Made by a program: the position numbers and the translations under genes. The notes below the pieces were generated by a model. It searched no databases. It was given only the letters and a program-made list of their open reading frames with translations, and had not been told where the DNA came from. Below, piece after piece: positions 12,251-23,527 of a stretch of 64,000 bases of DNA. Within the stretch, counting starts at the first letter, position 1, and each line of letters opens with the position of its first letter. This DNA is from Antedon mediterranea. Lineage: Eukaryota > Animalia > Echinodermata. The stretch covers positions 10,168,001 to 10,232,000 of the forward strand of contig NC_092671.1 in the NCBI RefSeq assembly GCF_964355755.1, written 5' to 3'.

Positions 12251-12699
12251 ACAACAAATACTGACCAAAGTGTTATTTATCAACTGAAGTGTGACCTTTG
12301 ACCTATAAAGAATCATGACGAGATTGTTATTGTCACCGAGATATTTACAACATTTAATTAAATTGGTCCATAAACACACTTTGTAAATACATTAAACAAT
12401 TTTTAATCTATTCAGAATAATTTTGTATTATACTATTATTTCCATTTATACTTATATTTATATGAGATTATAATTCCATGTTAGCTGTACTGTAAAATAG
12501 TGATATTAAACTTGTTATCTGCATCTAAATATATTTTATATTTCTAATTTTAATGTGAAGAGTCTATGATTTCTAAATCATAACTAATACACTGTTGATT
12601 ACAAAATGATAGACCAACAAAAATAACAGACATACCTGTACTGTACTTAAAAATCAGGGATGTCTAGAGCAGCTGTCTAGAGGAAAAGAAATTTGTTGA

Positions 12700-14480
12700 A
12701 ATTAGGCTGGCTGGGAGATGTTAAAATAAGGTTCGGGCTGGGTGGAAGATATTATAATAAACTTCAGGCTGGGTGGAAGACCTTAAAACAAGCTTTAGGC
12801 TGGGTGGAAGACCTTAAAGGCCAGGTGCGGGCAAAAAATTTCTATTGATCATACATTCCAATAATTATCAATCTATAGTTTCCCCTATGTTTCATAATTT
12901 TTGGGATTTTATTTGTGTTACACGAGCTTGTTGAAAATAAGCACTTTCATATCAGTGGGGGGATAGTTCAAATTACACAGTAAAATCTCTATTCTTTTGT
13001 ACACAAATTTTGTAAATAGAGAGGCATTTTAAAAAGCTATGAAAAATAAATGGTGTGGTAAAAAATATTATCAGATGACTAAATATAGGTAATATAACTA
13101 GAATATTACATTTCTGATATTTTTATTCAACTTCAGATTTTTATTTTCATGCTATAGCAAAAATTATCCACTGTATATCCACCATCTTTTTTCACCGTCT
13201 AGGGAGTCACCAGACATGTTATTACATTAGGTTAACTACCTAACTACTGAAAAAAAGTCTTCCTGGTTTTTATGGAAGAATTTTGCCAAATTTTGTATTT
13301 GACCATATTAAGGGAAATTCATGTTTTTTCGTCTCGATTTCTGTTACAAATATTTGATTTATGTACAATTAACCAAATATTATATTTAAAATTCATGCCT
13401 GTACCTGAGCTTTAAAACAAGCTTTAGGCTGGGTAAAAGACTTTAAAATAAGCTTTAGATAATAAAATAAGCTTTGGTCTGGGTGGAAGACTTTAAAATA
13501 AGCTTTGGTCTGGGTGGAAGACATTAAAAAAAGCTTTAGTCTGGGTGGAAGACATTAAAATAAGCTTTTGTCTGGGTGGAAAACCTTAAAAAGAAGCTTT
13601 AGTCTGGGTGGAAGACATTAAAATAAGCTTTGGTCCGGGTGGAAGACATCAAAATAAGCTTCAGGCTGGGTGGAAGACCTTAAAATAAGCTTTAGTCTGG
13701 GTGAAAGACATTAAAATAAGCTTTGGGCTGGATGGAAGACATTAAAATAAGCTTTTGGCTGGATGGAAGACTTTAAAATAAACTTTGGGCTGGGTGGAAG
13801 ACATTAAAATAAGCTTTAGGCTGGGTGGTGGAAGACATTAAAATAAACTTCAGGCTGAGTGGAAGACCTTAAAACAAGCTTTAGGCTGGGTGGAAGACCT
13901 TAAAACAAGCTTTAGGCTGGGTAAAAGACTTTAAAATAAGCTTTAGATAATAAAATAAGCTTTGGTCTGGGTGGAAGACTTTAAAATAAGCTTTGGTCTG
14001 GGTGGAAGACTTTAAAATAAGCTTTGGTCTGGGTGGAAGACCTAAAAAAAAAAGCGTTGGTCTGGGTGGAAGACATTAAAAAGAAGCTTTAGTCTGGGTG
14101 GAAGACATTAAAATAAGCTTTGGTCTGGGTGGAAGACATTAAAATAAGCTTCAGGCTGGGTGGAAGACCTTAAAATAAGCTTTAGTCTGGGTGAAAGACA
14201 TTAAAATAAGTTTTGGGCTGGATGGAAGACATTAAAATAAGCTTTTGGCTGGATGGAAGACTTTAAAATAAGCTTTGGGCTGGGTGGAAGACATTAAAAT
14301 AAGCTTTAGGCTGGGTGGTGGAAGACATTAAAATAAGCTTTAGGCTGGGTGGAAGACATTAAAATAAGCTTTAGTCTGGGTGGAAGACATTAAAATAAGC
14401 TTTGAGCTGGGCGGAAGATATTAAAATAAGCTTCAGGCTGGGTGAAAGATATCAAAATAAGCTTTAGGCTGGATGGAAGA
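12700..14480. repeat. 31-bp tandem satellite (AAAATAAGCTTTAGGCTGGGTGGAAGACATT-like), interrupted at 12818-13411
   Basis: About 4 units at 12700-12817 and over 30 units at 13412-14480; most units carry AAGCTT. Variant units recur with a period of about 490 bp. Confidence 0.95.
12818..13411. mobile_element. Non-autonomous DNA transposon with TTAA target duplication (Kolobok-like)
   Basis: TTAA|AGGCCAGGTGCGGGCA ... TGCCTGTACCTGAGCT|TTAA: imperfect 16-bp TIRs, AG..CT termini, TTAA on both sides. Removing it restores the satellite unit GACCTTAAAACAAGC. Confidence 0.75.
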
Positions 14481-14655
14481 ATATTGCATATTTAATAATT
14501 AATATTTATCAAGTAGCTAATTTTAAGATATCAAATTAACATCTGGGAACTGGGGAGATGATTAAAAATGCGTATCTTCGGTTGGATTTCTGTTATACTG
14601 TATATGAGATTCTTTTCAGATAATGCTTAAATAGTAGAACACTGCCAAGACCCAA
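14479..14655 (+). repeat. ~175-bp direct repeat, copy 1 (copy 2 at 16348-16523)
   Basis: Near-identical GAATATTG..TTTAATAATTAATATTTATCAAGTAGC...GTAGAACACTGCCAAGACCCA at both sites. Confidence 0.9.
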
Positions 14656-15826
14656 GAAATTGTCCACTTAATAGTTAAAAAAAAGAAAGAACTCTACTCA
14701 GCACAATTACATCCACATGTATTACATGCACACTAAATAATGTAAGTAAATAAACATACAGTACTATTTTTTACCTCCTTATGCAAGGATAAGTTGTTCT
14801 ACTGCCATCATCTCCATCAAATCACGCACAGGAGTATATCCACAGTATAATCATCTAAGTAGTCAACTCATTAAATAAACCAACTTTATTATTTATTTAT
14901 TATTGAGTACATAAACTTTATACACAGTTTTTGTTAACAATTTTGCATACTGTATACCATAATTAGCAATGTGATACGTACTGTATTCAATTTCTACTAG
15001 TGTCATATTTATCCACCGTAGGTAATTATATATTAAATATACTAATAACTATGAATGCTTATTTTACTAATAAGAGATTTTACAGAGCACCAAGTCCAAA
15101 TAATTTTAGTTTTGAATGCAACTACACAGTAGTAAAAAATATTTTTGTAATTCTTATTTGTTAGGTGGACTTTATATTCTTAATTTTAACGCATAAAAAA
15201 ATCTATTGTTAAATTGATATATTGTACATATTAAAAACTAATTTTAAATAGCTTTTACAAAATTTAAAACAAAAATGTTAAAAATATAAAATTTCTACTT
15301 GATGGCCAATACTTTAATCATTTCTACTGTACTATGATTAGCAAAATATTCTTACCAAACAAAAATAAATATATTGGCACCAATGCAATTACTATTGACT
15401 TGTAATTGAAGATTTGTGAAATCTACTGTGGTCATGTCATGTATTGGTGGGTGTGTCAAAGGTCGCAGACTAGAAATAGATTCCAAGTACAATCTTGCAA
15501 AAAAATATTCCTACCCCATCGTTAAATTCGAAGGTGGGTAAAATAGTAATTGAGTACTTTGGGAGTGTAGTGACTGGAAAAGAGCAATCTATATTATTTC
15601 AATCAATTTATGCGCACATAAACATGTTTGATGGCAACACATAATTTTTGTCAAACTGGATGAATATGCTATGAATGTCAAGAGGTATTTTTTAAACTGG
15701 CAAGTCAAATGGATTCAATTATTGCTTTAACATACACATCAGCCCACTGGACGGTCATTTATACACTATACCAAAAAAAGGTAAGTTTAGTAAAAATAAA
15801 TAAATTAGAGAACCTGAATAAAAACA

Positions 15827-18800
15827 TCAAACCATAAAAACTTGACCGCTAAACGCAGGAAGTCGGTCAAACATCAACGTGGTCACCAAAGATCCAATGC
15901 GTTCAACCGCACCCATGTAATACGTTTTCTCCTCAAGGACCAGGATGCTAACATTGACACAGTTTTGTTTTGATCTTTCACTTAACGTGTGCGCAATTTG
16001 ATGAAGTTTCTCCACATTTGGTTGAGACGTTGTTAATAATATCATTATGAGACACCCACCTCCAATGGCGTGTGTTATTAACCAGTTTAATGTTTCATTA
16101 CCTTGGTCTTGCAAACTTTCCTCTCCTTCCTAAATACAAAATAGAATATAGGTATGAGCAATAAACACTATCTAAAACACATATATAATAAATTTCTGTC
16201 ATTTGATTGAACGATTATGAGTCACATGGTGTGGCGCTCAATGCATCTATAGCTTTTTAAAATGTATTATATTTTAAAAATACAGTAGCATTAGAGAACA
16301 GTAACCTCTTCCAACTATAAACTCAATTGCAAACACTATTGTTGCAGAATATTGTGTATTTAATAATTAATATTTATCAAGTAGCTAATTTCAAGATATC
16401 AAATTAACATCTGGGAACTGGGAAGATGATTACAAATGCGTATCTTGGGTTGGATTTCTGTTATATATGAGATTCTTTTCAGATAATGCTTAAATAGTAG
16501 AACACTGCCAAGACCACTTAATATGGGTATCCTCTGAATAGGGGTTGTAATATATAATAATAATATATATAATATATATATATACGAATTTGTAAAGCGC
16601 CAATTCCAGCAACAAGTGATCAAAGGCAATGTGGACTTAGATGTTACATCTTTTCAACAACATTCTTCCCCCCTAAGGGTCACATCGTGTCATCGGCAGT
16701 CAACTACGGCGCCACTACGTCTGTCCACGACAGTGTGTGTGTATGAACTAGTACACCGGGGTAACCCCCTACTCGTCTCGAAAGATGTACTAGGTTCTTT
16801 AAAATGCACATGAACCAGATGTACACTGGACCTACGGTTTATAGTCCTTATCCGAGAAGACTTGTTCTACCACCACAACCATGGAGAACACTTGCCGATG
16901 TTATGGCTATGATTACGGTTCCACTGTCTTAACCGCTCGGCCACACTCACTCTGTGAGTGTTGTAGTGTTAAAATGTTTCACACAAAGGGTCACCTTAAA
17001 TAATAGGGTGTTCCCTGAATACGGGTTGGTCATTTCATTTATAGTGAAGAGGAGTTCTACTATATACTGTACAGTACTCTAGTGTATTTGGATGAATTCT
17101 AAGCTTTAGTAATGTATTGCATAATGTCACAGATGGTTAATCATAAAGAACCTGAATTAAATGTATTGTTGTGGGCAGATGCTTATCCAAGGACGAAAAT
17201 AAAATACCAACCAATAAATATCCTACATGAATAAATAATACTTACAATCATGATAGCGATTGAGTTGATATGTTTAGGTGTGCTGGTCATCCAATGAACA
17301 CTTGTACAACACTGGAAGACAATCACAACAAATGTTAAGCTCTGTGATGTGCCCAAATATGGTAGTGATATGCTTAAATATGGTAGTGATATGACATCGT
17401 CATGTCCATATTATGGGCACATCACATTTTTTTGTCACAAAGTTTGATAGTGTAGACAGAGCTTTACAATTAAAATTTACCACAAAATAAAAAATAACTG
17501 TACAGAAAAAAAGAAAGTTAACTTTACCAGTGATTTTTCAGATAACTTTGACTGAATACTTTTGACTAAACGATTATCATCAAATCCAACCAGACAAGGA
17601 GAAACACGTTTTTCTGAAGAAGAATACAAAAAAGTTTTATGAAAATTTTAAAGCAATATATATTTATCAATTTTTATAATACATATACTGTATATTACTA
17701 AGCTCAGTATAACCCACACAAGGAGTAGTGGTGTCTCAAATGAGGGGTCATGCTGTATTTACAGTTTCTGAACCTGAATACTCTGTACACAGTATATGAA
17801 AGCAGTGTAATATTTTAAGGGACACAACAAGATGTATTCAATCTTGGTTTAGTTAGTAACTTAAATCAAATTAAAAAATAAAGCACCATAACATTTCGAA
17901 ATATAATAATATTGATTGAGGTACACATTGGGGAGTTTCTTGTCAGTTGTTAGGTTTTTATCTTACAATGAGCTACAATAAAACTTTACAGTCTTAGAAT
18001 GTACACTTACATCTGTCTTCTGTACATAGACGTGTTATACAGAAATGTTTAAACAATTTATGACATTGTAAAATTTAATCATCATATTTATCAAACACTG
18101 TGTATATACAATTCTGGATAACGATAAACATTTTGATAAATTACCTTTAATAATGGCTTCAGCGGCATACAAATCTCTCCTATATGTTATCTAATTTAGA
18201 ATATTACAACCACTTCATTAGTAAACATAAACAAAATGTTATCAGAAGCAGTAAAACCACGGTCTAATTTATAGGTTCATGATAAAACTTATCAGATGCC
18301 ACTCAGGTACTGTGTATGTATAGTACTGTACACAAACATTTAAGGGTATGTTCAGACTCAAGGAGTTACGGTGGAGTTATCTACGCAAGGCGTACGGTAA
18401 TCCGTGGCGTTAAAAGCCAAGGTGTTCAGACACAACGATCAACATTCCAATGCCTTGCGTTTAAAACACTCTGATCAGGTCAAAGCAGATAGAACTATAT
18501 GTATACATTCATGACAATGCATGAAAGTTTACATCGTTTACATTGTTTTTTTCATTTTTATTTATATAATGTTTACCTTCAAATATACTGATTTCTTCTT
18601 ACTTGTAGAATTTCATTTTAATTCAAAATAATTTAAAACGTAATTGTTACATGGACAATTATCTGATTAATTGATTTAATTTATGAAACTAACATATTAC
18701 TGACGTCAACTTTACTGTTCTTTAAAATCTGAACCTGAAAATACATTTGACATAGCTATTTCGCTGTCGTATCATAGGGTACGGGTATGTAGTTGCTGTC

Positions 18801-21743
18801 TGCTAATCGTGGTCGTGTATTTTCATTGGTTAAGGTTAAAATCACTGATGCATCACTGGATTAGCGTTATGAAATCTACCCTCTCCCGCTAGAGTTATTA
18901 ACGCCACTGGCGCAGAGTAACAGCTTCCTAACGCTAATCCGCGGCATGGTTCAGACACAAAAATATGTACGCCGCTTACATAACTCCACCGTAATTTAAA
19001 AACAATTTTGACCCAAATAATACATGCACGTGGATATCACGTTGCCGATGTTCCCGTTGCAGGCATCAATAGTTCAGTTGGTATGTTTGTTTGTATGTAT
19101 TTTTGTTACTGTTATTATGTATATGTTAAGGGGGGATGTGGATAGAGGTGCTTGTCACCTGTCATGTATATGTTAAGGGGGGATGTGGATAGAGGTGCTT
19201 GTCACCTGTTCATCCCCTTCTTTTCGCTGTCTCTGTATGCAGTGATAAAGTTTACTAAATAAATAAATAATAAAAAATAAAGTAACTCCGTGAGTGTGAA
19301 CATACCCTAAGATGAATAAGCCTCCAATCTAAACCTTGTGAGGTTGAAATGTTCTTAATGATGATTTATTTAATTATGATAGTAATGATTAATATTTATT
19401 GATTAATTTTTATACTTCTTAAAAATACTTATTTTATGATATTTGTCTTCATTTTGGGGGTATTTTTGAAAAAATTTACTTGAAATTTAATAAATTGATG
19501 ATGATAAATAAATAAATGTTCTTAGAATAATAATTATGACATATTTGCTGTACCTTCCACACATCCTCTGGCGCTTCAATAAGCTTAGCTTTCACTTGGC
19601 AATATTCTTGAGCAACATGTAAGCACTCTGTTCCAAAATCTAAGTTATGTTCTGAAATCTAAAAGATTAAAACAAATTAATGGAATTAAATAAACACACT
19701 ATCATAGAAGCTCTCTTTTTGTGGGTGGTAACCTCCTTTAAGGGGACAACTTTCTGTGCAAAATGAACAAGGTAAACATATGGTTTATAACTATGGCCAA
19801 TCCCATCTAAAGTGACAGAAAGAAACTTCCAGTTATGGACCAGTAAATAATCTTTTTTGTGACCCAACTAATTGGTTGAGTCCTTTGAGACGATGGGAAT
19901 ATTTGCACAGAATGTTCTTACTTATAGACAGAATCATGTTATTAAGTACAGTACATGTAACAGTGCAATAGGTTATGCATTGTGTAGTTTCTCAAGAGCT
20001 TTACACCACAATAGACTCAAATGCCTATAGGCCTGGTTACTCTACTCCATCATATGGTATTTCAAACAGCATATGGAAAGTGCTTCTTATTTTAATGATT
20101 GATTATTCTGCTTACCTTTTCATAAGCTGTTTTAATTATGGGGTAAGAAAACGCTTGTGGTGTTTGACTGGCTCTGTACTTAGATCTTACTAGAGTGTGA
20201 TCTAGAAAGCCTTCTTCATCAGCTGCAACTGTTGTCGATACTAAAGGACGGATGCAACCAGCAGCCTAGAGAAAAAATAACTGAATTGTTATCATAACTT
20301 TTAGAGATAAAGAATATAAATGTAAATACAGTAAATTGTCACTGTCCTATGAATAGGGGTGTGAGGCCTAATTGTTTGCACACGTAGCTAGATACCCAGG
20401 CTTGACTACCCGGAGCGGTTTTAACTAGCCAGTGTACGCCGGACTAGTGAAATATCGAGTCCTGACGGTGTTTTACTGTAGTGCACAAAATTCTTTACCA
20501 AAGGTGCATGGGACCAATGGCTTGAAGAACTTGGTAAAAATATGTCTAACCCCAAATTCTGATGCAGCTAATGCAATCTTCTTCAAAATATTTTCATCAA
20601 CAAACGGTCTAACTGCATCATGCACGATCACGACACTTTTTTCCAGGTATGCCTGCTCGTCATCCTCGTCACTGCTTATAGCGTTAATGCCATTTCTAAT
20701 TGACCTATGTCTCGTGGAAGCGCCCTCTACCAATTCTACCTTCTGGAAATCATTCTCAAGTAAAATTCTTTGCATGTAATTTATTCGATCAAGTGAAATT
20801 ACAATAAAGATTTTCGTTATCCATGGCAACCTGAAAATATAAATAAATTCAATTGAAACTGTACAGATTAGTCATATCTAAAGATTAATACTGAATTATT
20901 ATCTAAAACTCAGAAAATTGGTAATTGCATTACATGATGACAATCTATATTTATAATATATGATTATGTAAAAAATGAACTGTATAATTATGACTGAATA
21001 TAACCCAACGCTTGATTTGATCATGTTCACACAGATATATTAAAGTATATTACTGTCTTTGATTTATAGCCCACACATCATTCAGCAATGTGTCCTCTAA
21101 AAAATGATGGTATAATAAAATATCAGACAGTAAAGATTAGCAAACAAAGAGATAAATAATAGAATAAGTTTGATTTGAACACCCCCACACAAGGTCAAGG
21201 TATAAACTACAATACTGCAGACTGTACAGTCTAACCATGGAGGTAAATGGTCTAATAACATTATTGATTTTCTTTAATCAAAGTTTTAAATTAAATAAAT
21301 ATAAATAAATCAAACCAGATCAGATTCACAATAACAATTAATTAGTTTAATTTGAAAAAGATGTGTGTGTACTAAGATAATAGTTCATCATCCAAGCAAT
21401 TGACATCCAAACGTTTTTTCTTCTGTACACTAGCCTAGTTATACAGTAGTAGGCCTACAGTGGAGAGGAAGAAATACTGACCTTCCTTGTAACACCTACA
21501 GTTTGAGGAGTGTTCTGTCTGGTAACATTTGACCTCACATAGTAGTTAGGCCTAGCTTAGTATACGATTTTAAAACACTTTCACTAACCTTTCAAAACAT
21601 TCAATCGTATAAACAATAAGAGGAAGACCTAATATATTACAAAATTGCTTTGGTTGTTTAATTCCCATCCTCTCTCCGCTTCCAGCGGCTGGAAGAATAA
21701 CGTAAGTAGGCAACTCCATCTTCTTTTCTTCGAGGCTGGGCAT
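15827..21743 (-). CDS. CRPPA: D-ribitol-5-phosphate cytidylyltransferase (ISPD/CRPPA)
   Basis: Eight phase-compatible exons: 21589-21743 ([17 protein letters not shown]), 20551-20830 ([20 protein letters not shown]), 20116-20265 ([10 protein letters not shown]), 19554-19658 (LDFGTECL), 18145-18190 ([11 protein letters not shown]), 17528-17613, 17246-17311 and 15827-16129; about 396 aa. IspD-family motifs. The start could alternatively be 21719 or 21779. Confidence 0.95.
16348..16523 (+). repeat. ~175-bp direct repeat, copy 2 (inside last ISPD intron)
   Basis: Aligns to 14479-14655 with few substitutions and one 5-bp indel (CTGTA). Confidence 0.9.
16548..16952 (-). mobile_element. tRNA-derived SINE with Deu/Nin-like central domain
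   Basis: Minus strand: A-box TGGCCGAGCGGTTAAG; core GTCTTCTCGGATAAGGACTATAAACCGTAGGTCC...TAAAGAACCTAGTACATCTTTCGAGACGAGTAGGGG..ACCCCGGTG resembling the DeuSINE/Nin domain; tail GGCGCTTTACAAAT followed by TA-rich repeats. No B-box is visible. It sits inside a CAGTAGAAC-type MITE remnant (~16495-17063). Confidence 0.75.
17338..17463. mobile_element. MITE family A (internally deleted)
   Basis: AGCTCTGT...AAATATGGTAGTGATATG x2...TTTGATAGTGTAGACAGAGCT, flanked by TTA. Confidence 0.85.
18344..19307. mobile_element. PIF/Harbinger-type non-autonomous element in ISPD intron
   Basis: TAA|GGGTATGTTCAGACTCAAGGAGTTAC ... GTAACTCCGTGAGTGTGAACATACCC|TAA: ~26-bp TIR and TAA target duplication. Confidence 0.85.
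18995..19281 (+). mobile_element. Retroposon 3' fragment nested in the right TIR of the Harbinger-type element
   Basis: Splits the right terminal repeat (TAACTCCACCGTAA|...|GTAACTCCGTGAG) with GTAA on both sides. Ends in an (AAAT)n/A-rich tail and holds a ~45-bp internal tandem duplication. Confidence 0.6.
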
Positions 21744-21864
21744 GAATGAATGAATGTCAACAAACAACAAACGTGACATGTGTGGATATCAAATTTCAGC
21801 TAGTGCGCCCTCTACAGTATCTAAACTTTGTACAATATTTATATTACAGTTATGTAACAATTTT

Positions 21865-22061
21865 AAGCAGAGAAATAGTGACTTTTGTGGTTGACGTTAG
21901 TCTCAGCAAGCTTGGAGATATCAAGCGTATTAATTTCATTTTGCGGCGGACCGCATGTATTTAGAAACAACGAGCAGTTTCATATATTGAAACTCCTGGA
22001 TGTGAGACTGAACGGCCGCACACAGCAGGCGAGGGTAGACTTAACTTCGAAGCCGCTTTTT
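21865..22061 (+). ncRNA. Candidate structured non-coding RNA (unassigned family), divergent from ISPD
   Basis: A closing stem encloses three internal hairpins, followed by a 3' hairpin and a T5 run. G-U pairs favour the + strand. TATA-like TATTTATATTA lies ~30 nt upstream. See findings. Confidence 0.4.
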
Positions 22062-22890
22062 AAAAGAATAACGACTTGACCGAGCAAAACGTGGGCGTTC
22101 ATTACATTAATATGATGTGATAATCAACTAAAGTACATCCGATTTAGAATTAATTAACGAATATTGTTAAAACTTTTTATTTGTTTCATACGAAACTTAA
22201 CGCCTCATGTTTTCCTGGTAGATATGCCAAAACATGTCAACATTATTTTAGGTGGATTATGCATCTCATCCGTTCAGCAAATTAACATTACAACAAAATT
22301 AACAACTTACTTATGTTTAATATCCGATATGTAACTGTTGTTACAAAAGACCATCCAATCAAACTTACCATAACATTTTGTCGTTTGTGACAGTTTCCCA
22401 TTTTAAATTCCCTTTACGTGTTTTTAACGCAAAAATTAGAAAAATATGTGTGTATGTGGTTAACCATCAATTAATGATAAACAGTAGACCTTAAATATTT
22501 TAGGCCTATCAAATTAAACACGAATTACCGATAAACAGAAAAGTTTAAAAGTTGACCTGTCAGTGTCATTGGTTTTAACCACAGCAAAGTGTGTGATAGG
22601 AAATAACACACGTGATCTTGTCACTTTTTTTCAATTCTAAATCAGTGACCCTAATTCTGTGGTGAAGAATTAACCTTACAAAACACATGAAGATGCGCTA
22701 ATCAAGCACATCCTCGAAATAATTGAATAATAGTATGTTTATTATCAAACATAATAATTTAAGCATGTTTACCAGCGTTATATACATTAATAATAGGCTT
22801 TCATATTAGTTTATAAGATTATAATTAATTTTGTTCTAACTGAACACCACCGGTATCCAATGCCCGACGGCGAGTTGCGTTCTTACTCAA

Positions 22891-23036
22891 AGCTCTGTCC
22901 ACACTATCAAACTTTATGTTACAACAAAATGTGATGTGCTCATATAAGGACATGTGATATCACTACCATATTTAAGCATATCACTACCATAATACTTGAG
23001 CACATCACAAACTAGTTTGATAGTTTAGGCAGAGCT
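22891..23036. mobile_element. MITE family A (reverse orientation)
   Basis: AGCTCTGTCCACACTATCAAACT ... ATATCACTACCATA x2 ... AGTTTGATAGTTTAGGCAGAGCT|TTA. Confidence 0.85.
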
Positions 23037-23397
23037 TTAGACCAAATATATTCGACGCGTTAAACGCGAATGGTGCATGGGCGTGTTCTCCGTTTCTACG
23101 TTTATTTAAACCCGAAATCCGGCCCGAATTTTAAAACAAAATCGAGGGTTTGGTATTATTATGGAAGCGTTTACATCAAATCTATTTAATTTATACACAG
23201 CGCCCTTTTCCGGATCCGAGATTGGCATTAATCGCAGCTAGACACAATAATTATTGAACGTCGAATACTAGTCTGGGTTCCAGCCGGATTTTTGACCTAA
23301 TATTGGTAAAAAGATAAATATTTGGGCACAAATGGCGTTTCATACGTAAACCTCGAAAAACCTCGAAATAACTACAGACTTGGTCTGTCCAAGTCTA

Positions 23398-23527
23398 GTC
23401 CAATATGTCCAATTTCAATGTACATGAGTAAGTTTAAGCCTAGGACTCCAACGTCCAATTTCAATGTACGTGAGTACGTTCAAGTCTAGGACTCCAATAC
23501 GTCCAATTTCAATGTACGTGAGTACGA
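23398..23527. repeat. ~46-bp tandem repeat, about 3 copies
   Basis: GTCCAATTTCAATGTACGTGAGTA..CAAGTCTAGGACTCCAA repeated. Confidence 0.85.

Noticed and set aside
13412-14480. CRISPR-like array (31-bp repeats)
   Set aside because: Units are head-to-tail with no unique spacers, there are no cas genes, and the context is eukaryotic; it is a satellite.
21998-22061. 7SK-like GGATGTGAG and U11-like AAAAAG.GGCTTC (minus strand)
   Set aside because: The matches are short and misplaced; the 7SK GATC motifs and the U11 closing stem and Sm site are absent.
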